The notes beneath the pieces are model-generated. The model made no database searches, was not told the DNA's origin, and worked only from the letters and a program-made list of their open reading frames with translations. Source: Gammaproteobacteria bacterium (GTDB lineage: Bacteria; Pseudomonadota; Gammaproteobacteria; Burkholderiales; SG8-41). From it: a stretch of 64,000 nucleotides of DNA. Shown one piece after another: positions 21,346 to 31,700 of the stretch; positions within the stretch are counted from its first letter, which is position 1; every line of letters begins with the position of its first letter. A program made the position numbers and the translations under genes. The stretch is taken from positions 171 through 64,170 of the forward strand of contig JBGPFE010000019.1 of the NCBI GenBank assembly GCA_041483135.1. Reading direction: 5' to 3'.

Positions 21346-22041
21346 ATGACCCAACTCCTCGACGCCATAGAAACCGAAACCGCGCCGAATCCTGCGGCAG
21401 CCGTCATCTGGATGCACGGGCTCGGTGCCGACGGCAACGACTTCGCGCCCATCGTGCCCGAGATCGATCTCGGCGGCCTGCCCGGCGTCCGCTTCATCTT
21501 CCCGCATGCGCCGATGATGCCGGTGACGATCAACAACGGCTACGTGATGCGCGCGTGGTACGACGTGACCTACGGCGACCTCGAGGGCAAGCCCGGCAAA
21601 AAAGCCGATGAAAAAGGCGTGCGCGCGTCTCAGGCAGCGATCGCCAGGCTGATCTCGCGCGAAAATCTGCGCGGCATCGCATCGCGCAATATCGTCGTGG
21701 CGGGTTTTTCGCAGGGCGGCGCAATCGCGCTGCAGACCGGGCTGCGCCACGCTGAGCAACTCGCCGGCATCATGGCGCTCTCCACTTACCTGCCGCTCGC
21801 CGGCAGCCTGCCGATGGAAGCATCAGCCGCGAACAAGGCCGTGCCGATTTTCTACGCGCACGGCACCTACGATCCGATGATACCGTTCGCGATGGCGACT
21901 GCGTCGCGCGACAAACTCGGGGAGCTGGGCTACCAAGTCGAGTGGCACGAGTACCCGATGCAGCACTCGGTGTGCGTGGAGGAAATCGCCGCTATCGGGA
22001 ACTGGCTGAGGAAAGTGTTACGGGTGAAGGGTGAAGGGTGA
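21346..22041 (+). CDS. alpha/beta hydrolase, phospholipase/carboxylesterase family
   Basis: AAVIWMHGLGADGNDF, nucleophile elbow GFSQGGA, C-terminal His region; start trimmed to MTQLLD. The last 5 codons and the stop lie in the (GTGAAGG)n array. Confidence 0.88.
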   Translation: MTQLLDAIETETAPNPAAAVIWMHGLGADGNDFAPIVPEIDLGGLPGVRFIFPHAPMMPVTINNGYVMRAWYDVTYGDLEGKPGKKADEKGVRASQAAIARLISRENLRGIASRNIVVAGFSQGGAIALQTGLRHAEQLAGIMALSTYLPLAGSLPMEASAANKAVPIFYAHGTYDPMIPFAMATASRDKLGELGYQVEWHEYPMQHSVCVEEIAAIGNWLRKVLRVKGEG

Positions 22042-22100
22042 AGGGTGAAGGGTGAAGGGTGAAGGGTGAAGGGTGAAGGGTGAAGGGTGAAGGGTGAAGG
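22024..22100. repeat. perfect tandem array (GTGAAGG)x11
   Basis: 77 bp of uninterrupted heptamers followed by a degenerate GTGTAAG. Confidence 0.95.
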
Positions 22101-22116
22101 GTGTAAGCCCCTCGTT

Positions 22117-23661
22117 TCACTGCCTTTGCAATATCCTGAACTTTGCCCAGTCGAAATCATCCCCGCCCTCGACCAGTTTGCTCGGCATCAGATAGTAAGG
22201 CTTGCCGCGCACGTTCATTTCGAGCCCTTGTCCCGGCGTGAAGCTGCCCGCACGCAACAGTAACGCGATCTCGCTGTTCTTGTCGGGAGTGGTCGACAGG
22301 AGCAGCGCCGGATCGCCTCCGCGAGTCGCGTTGAATGACGACACGCTGCCGGCGGGCGACAGCTTGACCGGAATCACCGCTTTCGACAGCAGCTGGATGC
22401 CGACGCGGCGCTGCTGATACTCGTCGCGCGCCATCCGGCGGACGACGCCGGCCCCCCAGAATTGCGCGGTTTCCGTCTGCACGCCGAGCAGGCTGCCGAC
22501 CTTGATCCAGTCGCCTTTGACCTGCGGGATGATCGCGCCGAAACCGCCTTCGCTGACGTTTTCGACGATCCAGCTTTCACCGCTGTCCTTGGCCTGGAAA
22601 TCGAGCGAGGTCTCGTCGTCGGCGGGCGCGACGCTCTTCACCACCTGCCGGAAGCCATGCACGACCGTCAGGCGGGTTGCGATCTTGCGGCGCTCCGAAC
22701 CGCGCGCCGGAGGGTGGTCGGACCAATACAGCGCAAGATGCTGCATGACCGACTGTATAAGGTCGAGATCGTAGGTGCCGCCGAGGTTGACGTGCGAGGG
22801 CATGCCATCCTTGACCTTTATTTCCTGCATCAAGCGCTCGAGTGCCGGCAGCGCTTTGCCGGCGCCGAAGTAGCGCGTCATTTTATTGGGCTCGATGCTT
22901 TTCTGCACGCGTGCAGCGGGCTTGCGCATCGACAGGTCGAAGAAATAATTGCAACCCGGCGCGGGTTTGGGCTGCAGCGTATACAGTTCGCCAAAATGCG
23001 CGACCGTGCGCTCGGCGATCTCCTGCTTGAGCGGCGTCAGCCCGTCGGTCGACGACACGCCGAGCATCAGCGCCTTGAGGAATTCATTCTGCACGGTGCC
23101 CTGCCCATGGGCGCCCGGGTAAATCTCGACCGGCGCGGTAGTCATGCCTTTGGCCTCGGCAAAGAGATACAGCCGCCCGAGGTCGCTCCACATACGATCA
23201 TCAATCGGACCGTAGTGCAACAAAATCCATTTGAGCTGCAATGTCAGCGCCCGCAACGCGCGCGCGATGATCGTGGGCAAATCCTTCTTGATGGCGCCGG
23301 CGCCGCTCGCGCCCGACTGAAATTGCTCGACGCATTGGCCGTAGGCCTGGCTGAGCATTTTCCAGAACTCGAATACCGTGGTCCACAGCTTGTTTTCGCG
23401 GAACTTTTCCTGGCGATCGGTAGCGAGATATTCCTGGTTCAGCTTGCGGTGATGATTTTTAGCCGCCTGGTCGAGCCAATCGAACAATTCGTAGCGATAG
23501 TCGAGCTTGAACCCCTCGGTGCGGACGATCGAGTCGAGCCAGAACGTGACTTCTTCCAGCGCCTTGGCGGCGTCATTCGCGGGCAGCTCGGCAATGAGCT
23601 TTTTCGCCTGCTTGGCGTCCGCCATCGGATGATCAGGCTTACCGCCCCCGAACAAAGCCAT
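22117..23661 (-). CDS. 514-aa protein of unknown function with a C-terminal PilZ-like domain
   Basis: ERRKIATR ... IVENVSEGGFGAI resembles the PilZ RxxxR / (D/N)xSxxG c-di-GMP motifs (spacing not canonical); N-terminal ~330 aa not recognised. Confidence 0.8.
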   Translation of the reverse strand: MALFGGGKPDHPMADAKQAKKLIAELPANDAAKALEEVTFWLDSIVRTEGFKLDYRYELFDWLDQAAKNHHRKLNQEYLATDRQEKFRENKLWTTVFEFWKMLSQAYGQCVEQFQSGASGAGAIKKDLPTIIARALRALTLQLKWILLHYGPIDDRMWSDLGRLYLFAEAKGMTTAPVEIYPGAHGQGTVQNEFLKALMLGVSSTDGLTPLKQEIAERTVAHFGELYTLQPKPAPGCNYFFDLSMRKPAARVQKSIEPNKMTRYFGAGKALPALERLMQEIKVKDGMPSHVNLGGTYDLDLIQSVMQHLALYWSDHPPARGSERRKIATRLTVVHGFRQVVKSVAPADDETSLDFQAKDSGESWIVENVSEGGFGAIIPQVKGDWIKVGSLLGVQTETAQFWGAGVVRRMARDEYQQRRVGIQLLSKAVIPVKLSPAGSVSSFNATRGGDPALLLSTTPDKNSEIALLLRAGSFTPGQGLEMNVRGKPYYLMPSKLVEGGDDFDWAKFRILQRQ

Positions 23662-23757
23662 TTTCCGTCCTCGAATGTAGCTTTAACGAATTTATTATGG
23701 AACAAACATCAAGCCGGCCAATATAGTAGCGTCAACCAGCCCGATACAGCTATTTTT

Positions 23758-25062
23758 TCACGTTTTATCGCCGGCGGCGAGCGCCGTACTGCGGCCGCGC
23801 CCGACATCGACACCGGTCAGAATCCCCAGTCCGATCAGAAAGTAACTGCCGGTAAACAGGATCGCCATCCGGTGGTCGCCGCGCGACAGCCAGCTTACCA
23901 AACCATAGGTAAGCGGGCCGAGTATCGCAGAAAACTTTACCGCCAGGCCCCATAAACCGAAAAATTCCGCGCGTTTCGGCTCGGGGCTCAGGTAGCCGAT
24001 CAGCGCGCGGCCGGCCGACTGGCTGGAACCGAGGCACAAGCCGACCAGGTTCGCGGCAATCCAGAACAGTGCCGGCCCTTGCGCAGCCCATGCCAGCACT
24101 ATCGTCACCACCCAACCGAGCAGCGTCACGGCCAGCGCGCGCAAATGCCCGATGCGGTCCTGCACGTGCCCGAAGGCGAAGGCGCCGACCGCTGCGGTCA
24201 GATTCACCACCAGTATCAGCATCAGGGTCTGCCGGGTGGTAAAACCCATCGCCTGCTCGGCGTAGATCGCGGCCAGCACAATCACAGCCTGAATACCGGC
24301 TTGATAAAACACGATGCAGATTAGAAAACGCGCCAGGTCGCGATAGCGACTCGCCTCGCGCCAGGTCGCGATTACCCGGCCAAGCGACTCCGCAAACAGG
24401 CGTTGCCGCCCCGGCTGCGGCACTGCACGCTCCTTCAAGTACGCAAAGGTCGGCAGACTGGCGAGCGCGAAGATAACGGCGGTAATCAGCATCGTGACCG
24501 GCACGAATTGCGCCGCCGTGGCGCCGCCTGCCTGTGCCCTTGTCACGTAAACAAGGCAGATGCCGAGCGTCAGCAGCCCGCCGATATAGCCGAGCGACCA
24601 GCCCCACCCCGACACGCGCCCGAGCGCTTCACCGCGGGCAAGCTCGGGCAGGAATGCCGCGCACAGATTTTCGCCGCTGCCGAAAAAGAAATTCGACGCG
24701 ATGATGAGGGCGATGGCGAGCCACAAGTCGCCGCTGCCGACCAGCGCCAGCCCCGCCGTGAAGGTGACACAACCGACGGTCGTTATCAGCAGCAGCTTTT
24801 TCTTGGCGGCGTGCACGTCGGCCCACGCGCCGAGCAACGGCGCCGTCAGCATGATCAGCAGATACGACGCCGCAAGCGCCGCAGTCCAGGCGAACGTCGC
24901 CCATATCTCGTTGTGCGCCACGACGCTGACGAAGTAGGCATTGAAAACCGCGGTGATGACGACCGTGGTGTAGCCGGAGTTGGCAAAATCGTACATCGCC
25001 CACGCCCAGACCTCGACCGGACGCACATCCTGCGCGAGGCTGACCGACTCGTTATTCGACAA
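23758..25062 (-). CDS. MFS transporter, UMF1/Atg22-like family
   Basis: WAWAMYDFANSGYTTVVITAVFNAYF N-terminus; 12 TM. Confidence 0.88.
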   Translation of the reverse strand: MSNNESVSLAQDVRPVEVWAWAMYDFANSGYTTVVITAVFNAYFVSVVAHNEIWATFAWTAALAASYLLIMLTAPLLGAWADVHAAKKKLLLITTVGCVTFTAGLALVGSGDLWLAIALIIASNFFFGSGENLCAAFLPELARGEALGRVSGWGWSLGYIGGLLTLGICLVYVTRAQAGGATAAQFVPVTMLITAVIFALASLPTFAYLKERAVPQPGRQRLFAESLGRVIATWREASRYRDLARFLICIVFYQAGIQAVIVLAAIYAEQAMGFTTRQTLMLILVVNLTAAVGAFAFGHVQDRIGHLRALAVTLLGWVVTIVLAWAAQGPALFWIAANLVGLCLGSSQSAGRALIGYLSPEPKRAEFFGLWGLAVKFSAILGPLTYGLVSWLSRGDHRMAILFTGSYFLIGLGILTGVDVGRGRSTALAAGDKT

Positions 25063-25078
25063 CAGAGAGACCGCTCGA

Positions 25079-25531
25079 TTATTTGGGCGCTTCGTCGGCT
25101 TCCGGCCAGTTCTTGATGTACCGCTTCAAGAGCCGGTTCTCGAAACTGGTTTCCTTGATCACCGACTTGGCGACGTCGTGAAACGAGATCACGCCGAGCA
25201 ACTGCTCGCCGTCCTTGACCGGCAGGTAGCGCACGTGATTTTTCGTCATCACCTCGCGCAGATGATCGAGCGAATCGTTGGGATTGCCGCAGATCGGGTC
25301 GGCAGCCATCACGTTTATTACGCGCAGGTCGGCGAGATTTCCGCGCTGCGCGTCGACCGCCTGCAGCACTTCGCGGAATGTCAGCATGCCGGTCATGCGC
25401 CCGCCCGCCATCACCACCAGCGAACCGATGTCGTGCTTGACCATCATGCTCACCGCGTCCGCCACCTTGCCGTCGGGCGCGATGCTGAAAATGGCGCCGC
25501 CTTTCATGTTCAGGATATCGCGGATGAGCAT
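25079..25531 (-). CDS. CBS-pair domain protein
   Basis: MLIRDILNMKGG...HDIGSLVV...HVRYLPV..LLGVISFHDV. Confidence 0.85.
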   Translation of the reverse strand: MLIRDILNMKGGAIFSIAPDGKVADAVSMMVKHDIGSLVVMAGGRMTGMLTFREVLQAVDAQRGNLADLRVINVMAADPICGNPNDSLDHLREVMTKNHVRYLPVKDGEQLLGVISFHDVAKSVIKETSFENRLLKRYIKNWPEADEAPK

Positions 25532-25592
25532 GCCGTCTCCTCGCGCCAATGCGTCGATCAGCCATCATAGCCGCGGGCACGAAAAGTTGAAA

Positions 25593-25712
25593 GCGTTAGG
25601 CGTTAGGCGTTAGGCGTTAGGCGTTAGGCGTTAGGCGTTAGGCGTTAGGCAAACATCGACGGCGCAGCCGTGATGGAAGTTTTCCGCCTCACCCCTCACG
25701 CCTCACGCCTGA
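25593..25712. repeat. tandem array (GCGTTAG)x8 plus an imperfectly complementary CCTCACG-type arm
   Basis: 8 perfect heptamers at 25593-25648, a 37-nt spacer, then CCTCACCCCTCACGCCTCACGCCTGAC. Confidence 0.9.
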
Positions 25713-26552
25713 CTACAATCGTTCAGTCTCCCCCTGCGCCGGCCGCCATACCAGCAGCCTCTCTTCGGCCATGGTGACCACCACGTCGAGCGCGAGCGCA
25801 AATGCGGTCAGCACCAGAATGCCGGCAAACACGGTGTTGATATCGAACGCGCCTTCGGCCTGCAAAATCAGGTAGCCGACGCCGCGTGCCGAGCCGAGAT
25901 ATTCGCCGACCACCGCGCCGACGAACGCCATGCCGACCGAAGTGTGCAGGCTCGAGAACACCCACGACATCGCCGACGGTAGATACACCGTGCGCAGCAG
26001 CTGCCCGGCATTCGCGCCCAGCATGCGCGCGTTGTTGAGCACGACGGGACTCACTTCTTTCACGCCCTGGTAGACGTTGAAGAACACGATGAAGAACACC
26101 AGCGTGATGCCGAGCGCGACCTTGGACAGGATGCCGAGGCCGAACCACACCGCGAAAATCGGCGCCAGTATCACGCGCGGCATCGCGTTCAGCGCCTTGA
26201 TATAGGGATCGGCAAGCGCGGATGCCGTCGGCGACAGCGCGAGCCACAGTCCGACGCCGAGTCCGAGCAAGGTGCCGATCGCGAACGCGAGCAGGGTTTC
26301 GATCAGCGTGACCAGCAAATGCTCGTAAATCTTGCCGCTCGCGAACCATTCCCAGATTTTCTGCAGCACGACGAGCGGCTTGCCGAAGAAGAACGCCGTG
26401 TTCCTGGCGAACTCTTCCGACACCAGCAGCGGATTCGTCATCAGGTGCCAGAATACAAACACGCCTCCCAGCAGCAGCAGGTGGTAGAGCAAAAGCCTGC
26501 CGCGCACCGCGCGTACCTCACTTTTGCCGGCTTTGCGCATAACCTGCTTCAT
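25713..26552 (-). CDS. ABC transporter permease (NitT/TauT family)
   Basis: BPD_transp_1-type EAA loop region (NARMLGANAGQLLRTVYLP); operon with the ATPase and an NMT1-like binding protein. Confidence 0.9.
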   Translation of the reverse strand: MKQVMRKAGKSEVRAVRGRLLLYHLLLLGGVFVFWHLMTNPLLVSEEFARNTAFFFGKPLVVLQKIWEWFASGKIYEHLLVTLIETLLAFAIGTLLGLGVGLWLALSPTASALADPYIKALNAMPRVILAPIFAVWFGLGILSKVALGITLVFFIVFFNVYQGVKEVSPVVLNNARMLGANAGQLLRTVYLPSAMSWVFSSLHTSVGMAFVGAVVGEYLGSARGVGYLILQAEGAFDINTVFAGILVLTAFALALDVVVTMAEERLLVWRPAQGETERL

Positions 26553-27367
26553 TTGCGCTGGCTTTGCGCATAACCTTTAAGCACTTCGTCTTTCATGGTG
26601 TGCCAGATATCGGTATGCAACTCGACGAAGCGCGGCGTGAGCCGCACCTCCGCGACGTCGCGCGGCCGCGGCAGATCGATCACGAATTCGCCCATCAAAT
26701 GCGTGGCGGGGCCCGCCGACAGCACCACGACGCGGTCGGACAAGGCAATGGCTTCTTCCAGATCGTGGGTAATAAACACCACTGATTTGCGGTCGGCCGA
26801 CCACAGTTCGAGCAGTTCGTTTTCCATCAGCTGCCGCGTCTGGATGTCGAGCGCCGAGAACGGCTCGTCCATGAGCAGGATCTTGGGGTCCATGATCAGT
26901 ATCTGCGCGAGTGCCACGCGTTTTTTCATGCCGCCCGAAAGTTGATGCGGGTAACGGCCGCCGTGCCCGCTCAGGCCGACGCGCGCCAGCCACGCCACTG
27001 CCTGCTCGTGCGCGGCACCCGGCTCGACGCCGCGGTACTTGAGCCCGAGCTCGACGTTGTCGAGCGCGGAGAGCCACGGCAGCAGCGCATCCGACTGGAA
27101 CATGTAGCCGGCATGGCGGTTGATGCCGGCAAGCCGTTGCCCGAGCACGCGCACGCTGCCCGCCGACGGCTCGAGCAGTCCCGCCGCAATATTCAGCAAG
27201 GTCGATTTGCCGCAACCGGTAGGACCGACCACCGACACGAACTCGCCGGCACCGACGATCAGAGTCGTGTCGCGCACCGCGGTATACGAACCGGCGTCAG
27301 CGCCATGCGCAGTGAACGTGACGGTTATGTTATCCAGCGCCAGGGCGGCGCCGTTACTTTGGGACAT
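26549..27367 (-). CDS. ABC transporter ATP-binding protein (NitT/TauT family)
   Basis: Walker A GPTGCGKST, signature LSGGMKKR, Walker B LLMDEP. Confidence 0.93.
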   Translation of the reverse strand: MSQSNGAALALDNITVTFTAHGADAGSYTAVRDTTLIVGAGEFVSVVGPTGCGKSTLLNIAAGLLEPSAGSVRVLGQRLAGINRHAGYMFQSDALLPWLSALDNVELGLKYRGVEPGAAHEQAVAWLARVGLSGHGGRYPHQLSGGMKKRVALAQILIMDPKILLMDEPFSALDIQTRQLMENELLELWSADRKSVVFITHDLEEAIALSDRVVVLSAGPATHLMGEFVIDLPRPRDVAEVRLTPRFVELHTDIWHTMKDEVLKGYAQSQRK

Positions 27368-27401
27368 GGAGGAAGAAACTGCCGAAGAAAATCAAACCCG
27401 G

Positions 27402-27489
27402 GCCGCAGAGATCACGGAGGGAAACAAAATATCAACACTTTCGCACTTCTGCTTTTTTTGCGTTCTTTTTTCTCTGTGTGCTCTGTGGC
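27402..27489. repeat. heptamer-armed palindromic element, family B copy 2
   Basis: GCCGCAGAGATCACGGAGGG...AT-rich centre...CTCTGTGTGCTCTGTGGC. Confidence 0.85.
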
Positions 27490-28517
27490 TAATGTTTGTA
27501 TTTTTTTAATGCTTTTTGCACGAAACTATTATCGAATGTTTTGGCAAGATCTATCTTCGCCGCCTGCACCGTCGGTTCGAATGAATTCAACACTTTGTAG
27601 ACGTTCCTCGCGCCATCCATCGTGAACAGCCCGTCGGGCGAATAGCCTTCCATATTCTTGAGCAATGCGACTTTGTACATGGTCGGATCATCGCCGTAAT
27701 ATTCAGCGGGCACGGTCGCGACCACTTCCTCGGGACGCGCCTTCTGCAGCCAAAGGTCGGCGCGCACTATCGCGTTGACCACCGCCTGCGCGGTGTTCGG
27801 GTTCTTCTTAACCCAGTCCAGCGGCGCGTAAATGCAGCCGGCGTGATAAGCGCCGCCATAAACCTCCTTCATGCCCTTGGCGGTGCGCGTGTCCACCACC
27901 GGTATCACGTCGCCCGACGCCTCGAGCCGCGCAATCACCGGATCGAGATTGGAAATCGCGTCGATCTCGCCTTTGCGCAGCGCTGCCACCGCGCCGGCGG
28001 TTGCGCCGACGCCTATGATTGAAACCGCATCGGGCTTGAGGCCGTCCTTCGCAAGCAAGTTGCTCACCATCATGTTGGTGCTCGAGCCGGGCGCAGTCAC
28101 GCCTATCTTCCAGCCTTTCAGGTCTTTCGGCGACTTATATTGCGCGACCTTGCTCTTGTGCACGCCGAGCACGATGCCGGAGTAACGCCCTTCGAGCGCG
28201 ATGGCGACGATGTTGATGCCCTTCGCCTGCATGTTGATGGTGTGCTCGTAAGCGCCAGACACGATATCGGCGCTGCCGCCGACCATCGCCTGCAGCGCCT
28301 TGGCGCCGCCCGGGAAATCGACGATCTCGACAGTGAGCCCTTCGTCCTTGAAATAGCCGCGCCGCTCGGCTACCGTCAGCGGCAGGTAATAGAGCAGGGG
28401 CTTGCCGCCGACCGCGAGCGTGATTTTAGATTTCTCGAGCGCCTGTGCCATCGCGCCGCAAGACGCCATTCCCACGGTGACGAGCAGCAGCAAAAACAAG
28501 GTTCGGGTAACGCGCAT
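27489..28517 (-). CDS. ABC transporter substrate-binding protein (NMT1/SsuA/TauA-like)
   Basis: Signal peptide MRVTRTLFLLLLVTVGMASCGAMAQA; NMT1-like length and pattern. Confidence 0.88.
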   Translation of the reverse strand: MRVTRTLFLLLLVTVGMASCGAMAQALEKSKITLAVGGKPLLYYLPLTVAERRGYFKDEGLTVEIVDFPGGAKALQAMVGGSADIVSGAYEHTINMQAKGINIVAIALEGRYSGIVLGVHKSKVAQYKSPKDLKGWKIGVTAPGSSTNMMVSNLLAKDGLKPDAVSIIGVGATAGAVAALRKGEIDAISNLDPVIARLEASGDVIPVVDTRTAKGMKEVYGGAYHAGCIYAPLDWVKKNPNTAQAVVNAIVRADLWLQKARPEEVVATVPAEYYGDDPTMYKVALLKNMEGYSPDGLFTMDGARNVYKVLNSFEPTVQAAKIDLAKTFDNSFVQKALKKYKH

Positions 28518-28625
28518 GATCTCCTCCGTTCAACCTTCAATTTGTCGAGCGATGCTCACATGTGAGCCTCATAGTGTCAAGCAAGGTCGGTTTCGAGTTG
28601 CGAGTTTCAGGTTTCTATTGAACAA

Positions 28626-28752
28626 GTGAAGAAGTGAATGAGTGAATGGGTGAACACCCCCTCCCTGACCCTCCCCCTTGGCCAAGGGGGAGGGAAGCTT
28701 TCACTCCTTCACTCCTTAACTCCTTCACTCATTCACTTCTTCACTCCTTCAC
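28626..28752. repeat. heptamer-armed palindromic element, family A copy 3 (best preserved)
   Basis: The outer 21 nt GTGAAGAAGTGAATGAGTGAA are perfectly complementary to TTCACTCATTCACTTCTTCAC; core is CCCTCCCCCTTGG/CCAAGGGGGAGGG. Confidence 0.9.
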
Positions 28753-31700
28753 GCGCTTCTATCTGCGTCCATTCTGCATTGCCTTCGCCAACAACCACGA
28801 ACGGCGCCCAGAACGCCGGGTGCGCGAAGTGCGGCTTGTCCGTGCGCGCCATCAGCGCGAGCATCGAGCGGCGCAGCGCCTCCGCCTTCGGCGCGCCTTT
28901 CGACGACTCATCGAACATACGCGTAGTAAGCGCCACCGCTGCGTCCGAACTCACTGCCCAGTGCGAGACGAGGAGCGATCTCGCACCCGCATAGAAGAAT
29001 GCCCGCGCAAGACCCGAGAGTCCTTCCGCCCCCGGCGTGCCGTCCGGCGCCGCGGTGTTGCACGCGGAGAGCACCACCCAGTCGGCGTCGAGTTTCAGTT
29101 GCGAGATTTCGCCTGCGGTCAGCAACCCGTCATCGAGTTCGCTTCCCTGCTCCGGCGGGGTGAGTACCAGCGCCGGTTCGGCGAGTCCCTTGAAATCGCC
29201 GGCCATCAGCCCGTGCGTGGCGAAGGCGAGATTGCGGTAGCGCGTGAGATCGGCCTCTTTGACCGCACGCTCCGTGGCAGCCGGTCCGAGCCGGATCGAC
29301 GCAGCGGGAGCTTTCAGCGCCGCGGCGATGGCGCGTAACTCGCCGGCAGACTCGGGCAGTCGGGCGAGTTTTCTCACTTCATTCGCATCGGCCACAGCAC
29401 CCCGTGAGTAGAGCGCAGCGACATTCCCCTTGCGGGCGTCTTCGCCAATGCCTTCCAGCACCGGATCGCCAAAACCGCTGAATGGCTCGCGCGAGGTGGG
29501 CGCTTTCGAGAATTGCCTCAGCGCTCGCAGCGAGCCTGCGGCGGGTAGAACCGTGATCGCGTACTTCTTCGCAAGCCAAGGCACCTGCGTCAGTTCGGCG
29601 AGCGAGGCGTTCGGCTTCGCGGGCGGCTCCATCACCAGCACGCCCGGCGGTAAACTCTGCATTGCGCCGTCGGGAACGAGGATCAAGTGCTTTGCGCCGG
29701 CGAGCAGCGGCTCCGCGGGCGCAAGGATTTTTCGGTACAGTTCGTATGCCAAAGTGACATTGAATGGCTGCCTTAGCATTCGTTCGGGATCTGGTACATC
29801 GAGATCAAGCTGCGACCGAAGTTTCTTTACGATTTCGGCAAGCTCACTCCGCTTGATGCCGAGCCGGAAAAAGCCAGCATCGTTTCGTCGCAGCGCCCAG
29901 AGGAAACTTTCATCCGCAGAGACGAGGAGCAGCACCAACGCCTCGTCCTCGCCAAGCAGCTTCTGTGCAGCAGCAAGTTCCAGCGGCTTCGGGTTGGTCA
30001 GTTCCCCGTACTGCGGATATTCGCGCTCCAGGCGGGTATCGAGTTCGGAGATTGCCTTCGTCGTTTCAGCCTGCTCGATCCGCAATTTCGCCGCGAGCGT
30101 TTCGTTGCCGCGCTGCCCCGCCGCCTGCACGATCCGGGAGTCCAACTGCTCGAATCTCGCCATTGTGTCCTGCCGCGCACGGGCAAGCTGCGCGAGCGCG
30201 TCGCTCCCGGCGGCATACCGCGCCGCCATCTTCGCCACCTGCTCCGCCGTGTCATTCGCGCGCGCGAGCTGTGCGATCTCGAACCCCTCCCGCGTGGTCT
30301 CGGCACGCGCTTGCAACCCGCGCTCCGCGGCTATGGCGAGCAGCGAAACGTGAAACTCGAAACCGCCAGAGTGCCTTCTCTGCTCTGCCAGCGCGCCTCG
30401 GCGCGACGCGCTGCTACTCACCGAGAATCGCCGCACGAGCGACGCATTTGCACGGCGCGTGAGCCTCAGCGCCTCATCTAGCTTTCCTTGCGATCGATAC
30501 AGGTAGGCAAGGTTGTTCAACGACTGCGCGACATCCGGGTGGTCCGGCCCGAGAGCTTTTTCATAGATCCCCAGGGAGCGCCGATAAAATGATTCGGCCT
30601 CACCAAAGCGACCTTGATGTTCGTACAGCACTGCAAGGCTGCTCAATATAGTTCCCACGCCCGGGCTGTCCGGTCCCGCTGTTTTTTCCTCTATCCTAAG
30701 CGCCCGCAGGTAAAGCGGCTCGGCCTCAACAGAGCGCCCATGCACTTGATACAGCGCCGCAAGGTTGTGCAGCAAAATCGCCACGCCTGGGCTATCCGGT
30801 CCCTCTGCTTTTTCCCTTATTCTAAGCGCCTTAAGGTAAAGCGGCTCGGCCTCAGCAAAGCGCCCTTGCGTTCGATAAAGCGACGCAAGGCTGTTGAGCA
30901 TCGTTGCCATAATCGGGTTATCCGGGCCAAGGGCCTTTTCGGCGATGACAAACGCTCGCCGGAGGAGCGGCTCGGCCTCAGCAAAGCGCCCTTGCGTATC
31001 GTACAGCTCCCCCAGCCTGGTGAGTGCCCCACCTACGACAGGGTTATCTGGCCCCAGCACTTTTTCTGAGCTCGCAAGGTTGCGTCGCAAGAGCAGCTCG
31101 GCCTCAGCGTAGCGCCCTTGCGCTTGATACATCGCCGCAAGCATACCCAATGGGAGCCCGGTAACCCAGCTATCCGGTCCATCTGTTTTTTCCATTATCC
31201 GAAGCGCCCGCAGGAGAAGCGGCTCCTCCTCAGCAAAACGCCCTTGCACTTGATACTGCCCCGCAAGACTGAGCAATGATTGCACGATACTCGGGTCATC
31301 CGGCCCCAGCGTTTTTTCCCGGATCGCCAGCGAGTGCCGATTCAAGGGCTCGGCCTCAGCATAGCGCCCTTGCGCTTGATACATGGACGCAAGGCTGACC
31401 AATGAGAGCACGACATCCGGGTGATCTGGCCCAAGTGCTGTTTCCCGGATCGCCAGCGAGCGCTTGTAGAGCGACTCAGCCTCAGCGAGCCGGCCTTGCG
31501 TTTCGTACAGCCCCGCAAGGTTGTTCAACGTCGTCGCTAGGCGGAGATCGCTCGCGCCAAACAATTCCGCTTCCCGCAGCGCTGCTTCAAAGCGTGCGGC
31601 GGAGGCGCGGTAGTCGCCCTCACGTTGCGCGGACGTTGCTGCATCCATATGCGCCTGCCACTCCGCTTCGCCGGCGAGTACCGGGCTGGAGACGAGCAGC

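Noticed and set aside
22024-22100. Possible CRISPR array, given the many short direct repeats in the window.
   Set aside because: All arrays have a period of 7 or 10 nt with no spacers. There are no repeats of 24-40 nt at regular spacing and no cas genes.
25593-25648. The tandem unit can be read as GTTAGGC, the canonical integron attC/attI core site (GTTRRRY), suggesting an integron recombination site.
   Set aside because: No intI gene or cassette array is present. The opposite arm is CCTCACG-type rather than the inverse core GCCTAAC, and eight tandem cores do not form an attC structure. I treat this as coincidence of a 7-mer.
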